Assembly (NCBI GenBank): GCA_031368515.1
Contig: JANMNW010000674.1
Coordinates: forward strand, 3,969-67,968
Length of the DNA: 64,000 nucleotides
Direction: 5' to 3'
DNA from: Chloroflexota bacterium
Lineage (GTDB): Bacteria; Chloroflexota; Anaerolineae; J036; Brachytrichaceae
The notes under the pieces were generated by a model. That model was not told where the DNA came from. It made no database searches and worked only from the letters and a program-made list of their open reading frames with translations. Shown in pieces: positions 1-11,506 of the stretch. Every line of letters starts with the position of its first letter. The first letter of the stretch is position 1. The translations under genes were made by a program, and so were the position numbers.

Positions 1-471
1 ATCGAAGCGGCGGCGATTCCGTTCCCCACCCCGCCCGGCGGCAAGCCCGCCACGATCGTAATCGGCAACGACATCCAGTCGCCACTCAAAGGCGGCAAGA
101 ATCCGGATCTGGCGATAAAGATGCTTGAGGAAACGGTCACCAATCCGGACACGCAAGCATGGCTGGCCAACAACGCCGGCATCTGGATTCCGGCGCTCAA
201 GTCGTTGCTGGAACAGCACAAAACATACGACAAGCTGGGCGGCTACAAGACCGACACCGCCAAGACCATGGTGCGCGTGACCATGGATACGTTGCTCAAC
301 GGCAACTCCGGGCCGCTGCCCGGCTGGCCCAAGAATGGTTCGCGCATCTGGACATCATGGAACGACATGTATGGCCGGATCTGGAAGGGCAAGCTCGGCA
401 AGGACGACGTCAAGAAAGAGCTGGATACCCTGCAAACCACCATTGAAGGCCTGGTGAAGAAGTCGGGTTAA
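1..471 (+). CDS. ABC transporter extracellular solute-binding protein, C-terminal part (5' end outside window)
   Basis: Frame 1 is open from base 1 to TAA at 469-471. Two MalF/MalG-type permease genes follow on the same strand. The family call rests mainly on this context. Confidence 0.55.
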   Translation: MEAAAIPFPTPPGGKPATIVIGNDIQSPLKGGKNPDLAIKMLEETVTNPDTQAWLANNAGIWIPALKSLLEQHKTYDKLGGYKTDTAKTMVRVTMDTLLNGNSGPLPGWPKNGSRIWTSWNDMYGRIWKGKLGKDDVKKELDTLQTTIEGLVKKSG

Positions 472-590
472 GCCGGTAGCCGGTAAGCGGTGGGTCGGTG
501 AGGCGGTGGAGCCGTGAGGCGGTGGGCGGTCCACTGCTCACCGCTCTACCGACCCACTGCCCACCGCTCTACCGTCCCACTGCCTGCAGA
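472..590 (+). repeat. Intercistronic G-rich/C-rich repeat block able to fold into imperfect long stem-loops
   Basis: GCCGGTA x2 (472-485) and GTGAGGCGGTGG-like units x2 (about 499-526) are followed by a 24-nt tandem direct repeat, CTCACCGCTCTACCGACCCACTGC / CCACCGCTCTACCGTCCCACTGC (537-583). This repeat is largely complementary to the G-rich units; for example 490-499 GTGGGTCGGT pairs perfectly with 548-557 ACCGACCCAC. Confidence 0.6.
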
Positions 591-1559
591 GTTCAGAAAG
601 ACACCGTGAACACACCTCCACACCAACCTGTCTTGTCGCCTGCGCCGCTGTCACCGAGCCAGCGCTTTGGACGCTGGTATCGCCGGCGCCGCGACGCGAT
701 CGTGGCATGGACGTTTCTGACGCCGATGGTGATCTACTTTGTGGTCATGACGTTTGTGCCGCTGGCGTTTCTGATCGGCATCAGCTTTACCGAATGGAAC
801 ATTATCTCGCCGCCCCAATGGGTGGGATTGCGCAACTTGAAGACCGTGTTCTCCAGTTTCGACAATTGGTTCTATCCGCGCGTGATCGGCCGCACCATCT
901 TGTATGCCGTCGCGATTCTGACTCTCAATATTGCTGGCGGTTTTTTTGTTGCCCTGGTGCTCAATCAATCGCTCAAAGGCAAGGGCTTGTTTCGGACGAT
1001 GTGGTATGTGCCGTCGGTGTTCTCCGGAGCGGTCGTCGCGCTGCTGCTCAAAATCTATCTGGCCGGATCGTCGATCGGCGTGCTCAACATGCTCATCGGC
1101 AATTTCGGCTTCGAACCGGTGGATTGGGTCAACCACCATGTGTGGATGCCGATCATCGGCGTGCTGTTCGTGGTGTGGCAGGGCATTGGCTTCACCGTGA
1201 TTTTCTTTTTGGCTGGCTTGCAGGCCATCGACGAAAACCTGTATGACGCCGCAAAAATCGACGGCGCCAACAGCCGCCAGCTGCTGCGCTTTATCACCAT
1301 CCCGCAAATGATTCCGGTGCTGTTGTTCATCTCGGTCACCGGCTTGATCGGCTCCATGCAGATGTGGGAAGTGCCCAAGATCATCACCGCCGGCGGGCCG
1401 AATTACATGACATACACGCTCGTCTACAGCATTCAAAACGACTCCTTCGCCGCCCTGGACATGGGCATGGGAACGGCGCAGTCGCTGGTGCTGTTCGCCA
1501 TGCTGCTGGTGTTCATCGGTTGGCAGCTGAATCAGTATCGCCAGCAACACGGGGTATAG
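498..1559 (+). CDS. Carbohydrate ABC transporter permease (MalF/UgpA-type)
   Basis: Polytopic hydrophobic ORF with the EAA-loop signature YDAAKIDGANSRQLLRFITIPQM. The first ~36 codons run through the repeat block and are probably not coding; GTG at 606 is a plausible true start. Confidence 0.85.
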   Translation: MRRWSREAVGGPLLTALPTHCPPLYRPTACRVQKDTVNTPPHQPVLSPAPLSPSQRFGRWYRRRRDAIVAWTFLTPMVIYFVVMTFVPLAFLIGISFTEWNIISPPQWVGLRNLKTVFSSFDNWFYPRVIGRTILYAVAILTLNIAGGFFVALVLNQSLKGKGLFRTMWYVPSVFSGAVVALLLKIYLAGSSIGVLNMLIGNFGFEPVDWVNHHVWMPIIGVLFVVWQGIGFTVIFFLAGLQAIDENLYDAAKIDGANSRQLLRFITIPQMIPVLLFISVTGLIGSMQMWEVPKIITAGGPNYMTYTLVYSIQNDSFAALDMGMGTAQSLVLFAMLLVFIGWQLNQYRQQHGV

Positions 1560-1573
1560 CCCGAACGCCACCC

Positions 1574-2458
1574 ATGAAAAATCAACGCTTCATTGTGCGC
1601 ACGCTGAGCTACCTGTTTCTCGGCGTGTCCAGCTTCATCATGATCTACCCGGTGCTGTTTATGGCGCTGGGCGCCTTCACAACAAAAAACCGCTTTCTTG
1701 AAGCGGATATCCTGCCCATCCCAAACACATTTAATGTCACGCTGTTTCAACGGGCGCTGGGCGCCGGCGTGTGGGACGCCTACGTGTTCACGCTGCAGCG
1801 CTGCGCGTTTTACATCGTCATCACGCTGTTCGTCGGGCTGCTGGGCGGCTACATCTTTTCAAAACTTAACTTTCCCGGCAAGAACAAGGTCTTCCTGCTC
1901 TTTCTATCGGGCATGGTGATGCCTGGCATCCTGATGCTGGTGCCCATGTATCTGTTGATGGCGTGGTTTCCGTTCTTCGGCGGCAACAACTGGCTGGGCC
2001 AGGGTGGACATGGGTTGATTGGCCAATGGCCGGTGCTATTCGTCTATGGCTGGGTGCCGCCGTTTGCCATCTTCCTGTTCAAGCAAAGTTTTGACATGCT
2101 GCCGAGCGAATACGAAGACGCCGCAAAAATGGACGGCGCGGGCATGTTCACGATCATCTTTCGCATCTACGGGCCGTTGCTTAAGCCGCCCATCGTCGCG
2201 CTGTTTATCGTCACATTCCTGGGCGTGTGGAACGAATATCTCTGGCCCAGCCTGACCATTGCCGGGCACCCGGAGTTCTACCCCATCGCCTATCGCATCC
2301 AGAGCGTCATTCTCTCGGACTACTCGCCAGTCGGAACGACCGACTATCCGGCTTTGATGGTGCGCACTTTTCTGGCCACATGGCCGCCGGCGCTGGTGTA
2401 CTTCCTGCTGCAGCGCTACTTCGTTCAGGGTCTGGTCGCAAGCGGGTTGAAAGGTTGA
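1574..2458 (+). CDS. Carbohydrate ABC transporter permease (MalG/UgpE-type)
   Basis: ATG at 1574 (MKNQRFIVRTLSYLFLG...) lies within the longer 1364 ORF. Six hydrophobic segments; EAA loop YEDAAKMDGAGMFTIIFRIYGPLLKP. Confidence 0.85.
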   Translation: MKNQRFIVRTLSYLFLGVSSFIMIYPVLFMALGAFTTKNRFLEADILPIPNTFNVTLFQRALGAGVWDAYVFTLQRCAFYIVITLFVGLLGGYIFSKLNFPGKNKVFLLFLSGMVMPGILMLVPMYLLMAWFPFFGGNNWLGQGGHGLIGQWPVLFVYGWVPPFAIFLFKQSFDMLPSEYEDAAKMDGAGMFTIIFRIYGPLLKPPIVALFIVTFLGVWNEYLWPSLTIAGHPEFYPIAYRIQSVILSDYSPVGTTDYPALMVRTFLATWPPALVYFLLQRYFVQGLVASGLKG

Positions 2459-2459
2459 C

Positions 2460-4133
2460 GTGGCGGACATTCAGGGGGTTCCGCGACACGGGCGCACACG
2501 GGCGCTGCCGCAAGCGCGGCAGCCGGCGGTTGTCACGCAGCCGCGCGCGCATCTGGCGCTGAAGCGCGGCGTCGATGCGATCGTCAACGCCATCCGGCCC
2601 ACGCTCGGCCCGCTGCCGAGGCTGGTGGTGATGGAAGGGCTACGGCCCACCGATTTGCCGGAGTTTCTCGACGACGCCGCCACCATCGCCCGGCGCATCA
2701 TCGAGATCCGCCCACGCAGCGACGATGTCGGCGCCATGCTGATCCGCCACGCGCTGGCGCGCATGCAGCGCGACGCCGGCGACGGCGGCGCCACTATGGC
2801 GGTGATCTACCAAGCCCTTTTGCATGAAGGGTTGCGCTCGCTGATGCATTTTGGCGCCAACGCCGCGCTGCTGCGCAACGGGTTGGAGCGCGCCCTGCCC
2901 CTGGTGCTGAAAGCGCTGCGGGCGGAGGCAACGCCGCTGACGGGACGCGCCGCCCTGTCGGATTTGGCGTTGAGCATGTGCCAGGGCGATGCCAGCCTGG
3001 CCGCCGTAATTGGCGAAGTCTTCGACATTGTCGGCGCGGATGGCTTGATCGTGGTCGAAGGCTGGAACCGCCTGGGGCAGGAGCGCGAATACGTCGAAGG
3101 CACCTATTGGAAGCTCAGCGGCTGGACCTCGCGCCTTTTCGCGACGGAAGCGGCGCATAAGCGCACCGTGTTCGAAGACGCGGCGCTGCTGATCACCGAT
3201 TTCGATCTGAGAGACCCGCAACAGCTTGTGCCGGTTCTGGAGCGCTGCATCGGCACGGGCGTAAAGAAGCTGGTCATCACCGCCGCAGGCGCGTCCGATG
3301 CGGTCACCGGCCTGCTGGTCAGCAACAACAAAGCCGGATCGATTGACAGCATGATCGTGCGCGTGCCACAAGCCTCCGAGATGGGCCGGGTGGCAGCCAT
3401 GGATGACATCGCCGCGATGGTCGGCGGTCGTCCGTTGTGCGCCGCGGCCTTCTCCGACTTCGAGTCGTTTGCGCCAGCCGATCTGGGTCGTGCCCGGCGC
3501 ATCTGGGCCACCGAAAGCATGTTTGGCTTTTTTGGCGGCAAAGGCGATCCGCGCAAGCTGCGGCAACACATGGCGCAGGTGCGCGGCGCGCTGCGGCAAG
3601 CCGACGATGCCCATCAAAAATCCGAGCTGCAGTCGCGCTTGGGGCGATTGAGCGGCGGCACCGCCATCCTGCGCGTCGGAGGCATCCACGATGTCGAACG
3701 CGATGCGCGAAAAGCGCTGGCCGAGCGCGCTGTCACCGGCATGCGCAATGCGGTGAGCGGCGGTGTGGTGGCCGGCGGCGGGGGCGCGCTGCTCGCAGCG
3801 CAAGCGGCTCTGGCGCAGCCGCGCGCCTGCGCGCCAGGCGAAGCCCTTGCGTTTCAGATCCTGGCGCGCGCGCTGGAAGCGCCCATGCGCGCCATCGCCC
3901 ACAACGCCGGTCGCGCGCCCGATGTCGTGATCGAACATGCGCGCGCGGCCGGACCCGGCGCAGGCTTCGATGCGCGCAACAGACGCATTGTCAACATGCG
4001 CGAGGCGCGCGTCTTCGATTCCGCCGAAACACTCTGCCGCGCGCTCGAAATTGCCGTGAGCGGCGCGGCCATGGCCCTGACCACCGATGTGATCGTGCAT
4101 CACCGCAATCCGATCGAGAGCATCGACCCGTGA
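2460..4133 (+). CDS. Divergent Cpn60/GroEL-family protein (chaperonin paralogue with degenerate ATPase motifs)
   Basis: Collinear with GroEL by eye: TLGPLPRLVV (GroEL TLGPKGRNVV), AGDGGATMAVIYQAL (AGDGTTTATVLAQAI), LSGGTAILRVGG (LAGGVAVIKVGA), GGVVAGGGGALL (EGVVAGGGVALI). GTG start 1 nt after the permease stop. No GGM-rich C-terminal tail. Confidence 0.8.
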   Translation: MADIQGVPRHGRTRALPQARQPAVVTQPRAHLALKRGVDAIVNAIRPTLGPLPRLVVMEGLRPTDLPEFLDDAATIARRIIEIRPRSDDVGAMLIRHALARMQRDAGDGGATMAVIYQALLHEGLRSLMHFGANAALLRNGLERALPLVLKALRAEATPLTGRAALSDLALSMCQGDASLAAVIGEVFDIVGADGLIVVEGWNRLGQEREYVEGTYWKLSGWTSRLFATEAAHKRTVFEDAALLITDFDLRDPQQLVPVLERCIGTGVKKLVITAAGASDAVTGLLVSNNKAGSIDSMIVRVPQASEMGRVAAMDDIAAMVGGRPLCAAAFSDFESFAPADLGRARRIWATESMFGFFGGKGDPRKLRQHMAQVRGALRQADDAHQKSELQSRLGRLSGGTAILRVGGIHDVERDARKALAERAVTGMRNAVSGGVVAGGGGALLAAQAALAQPRACAPGEALAFQILARALEAPMRAIAHNAGRAPDVVIEHARAAGPGAGFDARNRRIVNMREARVFDSAETLCRALEIAVSGAAMALTTDVIVHHRNPIESIDP

Positions 4134-4152
4134 CTTCGCCGTCCAACTCCGC

Positions 4153-5982
4153 ATGGAAAAACGCCCCCTAGCCCAAGGCCCGGCTTTGACCGCCGCCGGA
4201 CACCTGCCAGCTGGCACGCCAACCGCGCTGGCGCTGGCAGGCGCCGACAACCGCACGCTGCTGCTGGGAAGCAAGATCGGCATTCATCGCTGCGCCGATT
4301 GGCTGCAAGCCTCGCCACGCTGGGAACGCCTGCCTAACGCGCCGCTGGGCGTGATTGCGCTGGCCGCATCTCCTGATTTCGACAACGACCATACCCTCGT
4401 CGCCAGCACGCAAGCGGACATATTTATCTCGCGCGATGGCGGGGCCACCTGGCAGCCGGCGAATTTGCCGCCGCCCCACCCGCTGATTCTGTGCCTCGCA
4501 TTTTCACCTGGATTTGCCGAAGACGGGATGATTGTGGCGGGCACCATGGAAGACGGCGTGATCGTCTCGGACGACCGCGGCGCGCACTGGCAACGCCGCA
4601 ATTTCGGCCTGCTTGACGCCGCCGTCTACGCCATCGCGTTTTCACCCAGCTTTTCAGCCGACGGCACGTTGTATGCCGGCGCGGAGTCGGCTCTTTACAA
4701 AAGTTACAACCGGGCCAAAGCCTGGAAGCCGCTCGATTTCGATGAAACGGCTGCGCCGGTGCTCAGCCTGGCGATCGACGGCGCCGGCGCGCTTTTCGCC
4801 GGAACGGAGGCCAGCGGGCTGTTTCGCCTGGATAACGGGCTAACTTTATGGCAGCGTTGTGATCTTGCGCCCGGCACGGTCAATGCATTGACTGCGACTC
4901 GCGATGGCCGGGTGATCGCGGCTACTCACGAAGGCGTGTACGAGGCTGCGAAAGGCCAGACTGACTGGCGCCAAGTGTTGCGGGCGCCGGTGCTCAGTGT
5001 GTGCGCGCACCCGTCCGGCGTGTTTGCCAGTGTGATCGAGGGAGGCTTGTGGTCACAAACCGGCGCGGACGAATGGCGCCCGCTGGGAACGCCGCCGATC
5101 CGTTCGGTCAGCGGTTGCGTGTTGTCGCCGCATGTGCCGAGCGGCGAAAAAGTGTATGCGCATGGGCTGCAAGAAGGCATCTGGTCGAGCGTCGACGGCG
5201 GCACAACCTGGCAATCGCTTAATGACGAACTGCCCGCGATTGATGTGCATGCGCTCGCTATCTCGCCGGCCGCTGGCACTCTGGCGGCCGCCACGCCCGA
5301 CGGCATCGTGCTGAGCGACAACGACGGCGCAACCTGGCGCATCGCGCGCGAAGGTGCCGCCACACGGGTGTGCTTTTCGCCGGACGGCGGCGCGCTGGCG
5401 GCGGTCTTCAACGACTGCGACGTGCTAACCGGTTCGCGCGACGGCGCAGCCTGGCGCGACTGCGCGATCCCTTGGCCGGGCGACAGTCGCATTTTGGCTT
5501 TGGCGCTGCGCGATGACGGGATGCTATGCGTGGCGGCGCAGCAGCGCGAAGCGGTGTGCATTTGGTCCGGACGACCCGGCGCGTGGCGCGCGGTGCTGCG
5601 CCTGGACTCAATGCCCAACGCAACGGTCTCGTTTGAGGGAGCGGAACGGCCCGGGCGCTGGCATGCCAGCATCGGTCACACGGTTTTCATGTTCGAGCAG
5701 GATGCGCTTGCGGCTCAGGGCGTAATTCAGCCCAAAGACGAGGCCATGGCGACGGTTCTCGGCTTGTGCGGCGCAACACATGCCGGCCGGCATGTGCTCT
5801 TCGCCAATACCGGCAGGCGAATACTGCGCTCCGAGTCGGTCACGGACTGGCGCATCGTGCATGACTTTGGCGAAGACATCGCGCTTGCATTGGCCCTGGG
5901 CAAGCCATCGGCCGGAAAGGCAAGCGTGTGCGCGCTGGTGCTGGGCGGCGAGTTCCAGCGCGGCGTTTTTGACCTGACCTGA
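4153..5982 (+). CDS. BNR/Asp-box repeat beta-propeller protein (Ycf48/sialidase-like fold)
   Basis: Four S-x-D-x-G-x-(T/H)-W Asp-boxes: SRDGGATW, SDDRGAHW, SVDGGTTW, SDNDGATW. No obvious signal peptide at the N-terminus. Confidence 0.7.
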   Translation: MEKRPLAQGPALTAAGHLPAGTPTALALAGADNRTLLLGSKIGIHRCADWLQASPRWERLPNAPLGVIALAASPDFDNDHTLVASTQADIFISRDGGATWQPANLPPPHPLILCLAFSPGFAEDGMIVAGTMEDGVIVSDDRGAHWQRRNFGLLDAAVYAIAFSPSFSADGTLYAGAESALYKSYNRAKAWKPLDFDETAAPVLSLAIDGAGALFAGTEASGLFRLDNGLTLWQRCDLAPGTVNALTATRDGRVIAATHEGVYEAAKGQTDWRQVLRAPVLSVCAHPSGVFASVIEGGLWSQTGADEWRPLGTPPIRSVSGCVLSPHVPSGEKVYAHGLQEGIWSSVDGGTTWQSLNDELPAIDVHALAISPAAGTLAAATPDGIVLSDNDGATWRIAREGAATRVCFSPDGGALAAVFNDCDVLTGSRDGAAWRDCAIPWPGDSRILALALRDDGMLCVAAQQREAVCIWSGRPGAWRAVLRLDSMPNATVSFEGAERPGRWHASIGHTVFMFEQDALAAQGVIQPKDEAMATVLGLCGATHAGRHVLFANTGRRILRSESVTDWRIVHDFGEDIALALALGKPSAGKASVCALVLGGEFQRGVFDLT

Positions 5983-5997
5983 ACGCCGCATCATCAG

Positions 5998-6299
5998 TCA
6001 GTATGCGACGAGCCGCTGCTTCAGATCTGCGCGCACGCGCTCAAACTCCGATTGAACGGCCTCCGCATGCGCCGTCAGTCCCTCCACCGCGCCCGCGCGC
6101 GCTGCCGAATCCAAATCGGCCGCATACTGCACGAGCCGTGCCGCGCCGATGAAGCGTGAGCCGGCCGCGATCTGCTGAGCAATCGTTCGCGCGGTTTCGT
6201 GATCGCGCGCGCGCGCCGATTCAGTCAGGCGCGCAATCTGCGCCGAAAGGTCATCCAAATACACGGATGCGACCGCGCCGGCTGTTTGATCCGAGCCGT

Positions 6300-6312
<13 letters not shown>
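5998..6312 (-). CDS. Hpt-like four-helix protein; canonical phospho-accepting His position is Gln
   Basis: 104 aa, helical. ARTIAQQIAAGSRFIGAARL aligns with the Hpt signature A-H-x-L-K-G-S-x-x-x-x-G-A but has Q at the His position. The start overlaps the stop of the hybrid kinase by 13 nt. Confidence 0.45.
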
Positions 6313-8914
<2,602 letters not shown>

Positions 8915-8918
<4 letters not shown>

Positions 8919-9466
8919 GCCGGTTGCGGCATGCGCGTCAACACCCACTCGGCATGGGTGCCATCTTCCGCGCCCGCGTCGCGCTGCAGGGTGATGTTTT
9001 CACCAAAGTGTTGGATGCACCCCATGATCAGGCCCTCGGCCACGCCGGCAAAGGGCCGGACCGAGCGGTATGTCAGGCGCGCGCCGCCGTCCGCGGCCAA
9101 GTCCACAGAAATGCGCGGCAGCTCGGCATCCGGATATAGCTTGCGCACTTCCACATGAATGTAGCCATCGATCCGTTGCAGCATGTCAAAAGCGCTGGTC
9201 ACACCCTCGAAAAATGCCGGATACAACGTGGAGAAACGGCCAAACAGATAGCGGCCAAACGCGCGGGTTAGATCGGGCAACGGCACGCCTGTCTGCGCGC
9301 TCAGCGCGACCACCATGCTGAGCATCTCGCGATGGTCGTAACTGCCGACGGCCGTGTACGCCCCGCCCGACGGCAAGTCGGACTTGGTGATGATGTCGTC
9401 GGCAACGTCAACGCCAAAGGTCTGCTCGACCATCTCGATAAATTCGGTGAAGACCATTCCTTTCAT
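8915..9466 (-). CDS. hnoX: H-NOX (heme NO/O2-binding) sensor protein
   Basis: MKGMVFTEFIEMVEQTFG N-terminus, a proximal-His candidate in IDGYIHVEVRKLYP, and the heme-propionate motif Y-x-S-x-R (LTYRSVRP). Stand-alone at 183 aa and translationally coupled to the kinase. Confidence 0.85.
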
Positions 9467-9481
9467 TGTTGTGCTCCAGTG

Positions 9482-10795
9482 TCAAGCATGCTGCGATGAA
9501 AAAGCGGCGCGTTCCCGGCGATATAGCATCAGGTCCCAAACTAGCACCGCGCCAAACAGGCCGGCCATGAGGACGACCTGAATCAAAACAACGTCGCGCA
9601 GCGTGGCGTGAAACAGCCACAGCGCAGCGACTTGCGACACGCCGCCACAAATCGCAAACACACTGCCAAGTTTGTTGCCCGCCGAGAGCCGGTAGTTGAT
9701 GATCACATTGGCCAGCGCATAGAACGCCGTCGCCAGCGCATACAGCCACACCAGCGGCGCAACCGGCAGATAAGCGGCCCCAAACAGCAGCCGCACGATA
9801 AACTCCGGCGCGGCATAGGCCGCCACGACAATGGCCGCGCTGACCGCTCCCACCAGCCCCAATGAATTGACCAGCAGGTGATGATGACGCTCGCCGCGCG
9901 CATGGCGTTGCGCAACGATCGGAAAGAGCGTGGTCACCACCGACCAGGTGGCAAAAAACACGATGCGTCCGATCAGCGCCAGCGCCGCATACTGGCCGGC
10001 GTCTTCGGCCGCAAAGAAGTGTTTGACCATCAGCACATCGCTGTTGTTGATCAGGATCTGACCGACCAGCGCGCCGCCGGCCGCCAGCGCAAAGCGGCCG
10101 ACCGCTCGGCGCTCCTCGGCCGGCACCGTCGCCGTTTCGCCGACGCCGGGCCGCTCGGCGGGTGCGCGCGCGATGACCAGGGCGGCGGCCAGCGACACCA
10201 GCAGCGCCGCCACCACGCCGTTGACCTCCAGGCCAAGCGCAAGCAGCGCCACGGCGACGATCAGGCGCGACCACATTTCGGCCTGATAGCTGGCGGCCAG
10301 GCGGCCAAACCGCGTGCGGCCTTGCAGCGCGCCTCGATCGACGGAGACGGCCAAATAGACCGGAACGCCAAATCCAAGAACCGCCAACGGCAGCGCCGAT
10401 GCCAGATGGAAAAAGTCGCGCAACAGCGGCGACAGGCCGGCAAAAACCACCGCGAAGCCCAGCCCGGTCATCCAGGCCAGCCGCGAAAGCCAGCGCTTCA
10501 GCGCGGCTCCCTGCCCGCGCAGCATCGCGCTGCCCGCGCCGTCCGTCGCGTAATGGGTGGCGACAAACTTGGAGGTGACCATGATCAACGCCGCCGCCAC
10601 AAACGAAAACAGCAGCAACAGCGTGACCATCAGGCTGGCATCGGCAAACGCCGCTGGTCCAAGCCAGCGGCCCAGCACAATGTTGAAGGCATAGTTGCCG
10701 ACGTTGACCAGCGTGCTGCTGACAAACAGCAGCCCGCCGCCGCGCAGCAGCTCGCCGGGCGCCGGCAGCTTGCCGCGCCCTAGTGCCTTAAGCAT
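9482..10795 (-). CDS. Polytopic membrane protein, MOP/Wzx-type oligosaccharide flippase family
   Basis: 437 aa with about 12-14 hydrophobic helices. The N-terminal GGLLFVSSTLVNVGNYAFNIVLGRWLGPAAF resembles polysaccharide-biosynthesis (PST) flippases. Confidence 0.6.
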   Translation of the reverse strand: MLKALGRGKLPAPGELLRGGGLLFVSSTLVNVGNYAFNIVLGRWLGPAAFADASLMVTLLLLFSFVAAALIMVTSKFVATHYATDGAGSAMLRGQGAALKRWLSRLAWMTGLGFAVVFAGLSPLLRDFFHLASALPLAVLGFGVPVYLAVSVDRGALQGRTRFGRLAASYQAEMWSRLIVAVALLALGLEVNGVVAALLVSLAAALVIARAPAERPGVGETATVPAEERRAVGRFALAAGGALVGQILINNSDVLMVKHFFAAEDAGQYAALALIGRIVFFATWSVVTTLFPIVAQRHARGERHHHLLVNSLGLVGAVSAAIVVAAYAAPEFIVRLLFGAAYLPVAPLVWLYALATAFYALANVIINYRLSAGNKLGSVFAICGGVSQVAALWLFHATLRDVVLIQVVLMAGLFGAVLVWDLMLYRRERAAFSSQHA

Positions 10796-11145
10796 TGGTC
10801 GACCGCCTTTAGCAGTTCCTGCGTGCTCGACGGTTTGGTGAGAAAGGCGGTCGCGCCGGCGGCGCTGGCGCGCGCGCGGTCTTCGTCATAGTTGCTGGCG
10901 GTAAGCATGATCACCGGCAGGTATTTCGTGCTTGCATCGGCGCGCAGATGCTTGAGCAGCTCCACGCCGTCCACATCGGGCATGTCGATGTCACAGATGA
11001 CCAGATCGACCGACCGCTGCTCCAGCAGACTGATCGCGGCGGTTGCGCCGTCGGCCACGACTGTCTCGTGGCCGGCGGTGCGCAGTTGGGCCTGCAGCAC
11101 CCGTTGCGTGACAGAGTAATCGTCCACTGCGAGTATGCGTGCCAT
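10780..11145 (-). CDS. Single-domain response regulator (REC only)
   Basis: MARILAVDDYSVTQ..., DLVICDIDMPDVDG, VIMLTAS, FLTKP. ATG at 11145 lies within the longer ORF. Confidence 0.85.
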   Translation of the reverse strand: MARILAVDDYSVTQRVLQAQLRTAGHETVVADGATAAISLLEQRSVDLVICDIDMPDVDGVELLKHLRADASTKYLPVIMLTASNYDEDRARASAAGATAFLTKPSSTQELLKAVDQCLRH

Positions 11146-11155
11146 AGAAATGCGT

Positions 11156-11506
11156 TTAAGCCTTGCGCCAAACAGCCAATGCTTCTTCGGCGCTGGCCGA
11201 GAATTCAAAGACCTGGTCGAATCGGGTGAGTTTGAGAATGCGGTTGGCGGCCTCGATTTTGGGCGCCACCATGCGCACATTGCCGCCCGCCATGCGCGAG
11301 CGTTTGAGCGCCATCACCAGCACCGACATGCCGGCTGAGTCCATAAACGGCGTGCTCGACAGGTCTAGCACCAGGTTGGTGACGCCGCTGTCCAGCAGGT
11401 TGGTGATGCGTTCGCGCAACGCCGGCGCGCTGAACGCGTCGATTGCGCTCTTGGGCGCGATGACCGCGGCGCGGATAAGGTGTTCGTCTACAGTTAGGTC
11501 CATCAT
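11156..11506 (-). CDS. STAS-domain anti-sigma-factor antagonist (SpoIIAA/RsbV-like)
   Basis: LVLDLSSTPFMDSAGMSVLV carries the conserved phospho-Ser context (D-S-A-G). ATGA overlap with the upstream kinase stop. Confidence 0.8.
   Translation of the reverse strand: MMDLTVDEHLIRAAVIAPKSAIDAFSAPALRERITNLLDSGVTNLVLDLSSTPFMDSAGMSVLVMALKRSRMAGGNVRMVAPKIEAANRILKLTRFDQVFEFSASAEEALAVWRKA

Noticed and set aside
651-1571. 306-aa minus-strand ORF antisense to the first permease, plus several 60-180-aa alternative-frame ORFs across 700-2560
   Set aside because: They overlap permease genes that have EAA loops, and they have no motifs. They are GC-driven open frames.
2640-4283. 547-aa ORF on the minus strand, antisense to the GroEL-like gene
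   Set aside because: It is a shadow ORF typical of high-GC DNA. The composition is Arg/Ala/Gly/His-rich with no recognisable motifs, and it fully overlaps a gene with clear collinear homology to GroEL.
8919-8948. Longer start for the hybrid kinase, overlapping the H-NOX gene by 34 nt
   Set aside because: The ATG at 8918 gives a classic ATGA stop/start overlap, and the extra residues (MGVDAHAATG) add nothing recognisable.
9408-10783. ORFs 9408-10274 (-) and 9878-10783 (+), overlapping the flippase-like gene in other frames
   Set aside because: They give Arg/Gly-rich nonsense-like translations. The 9482-10795 frame yields a coherent 12-14 TM protein.
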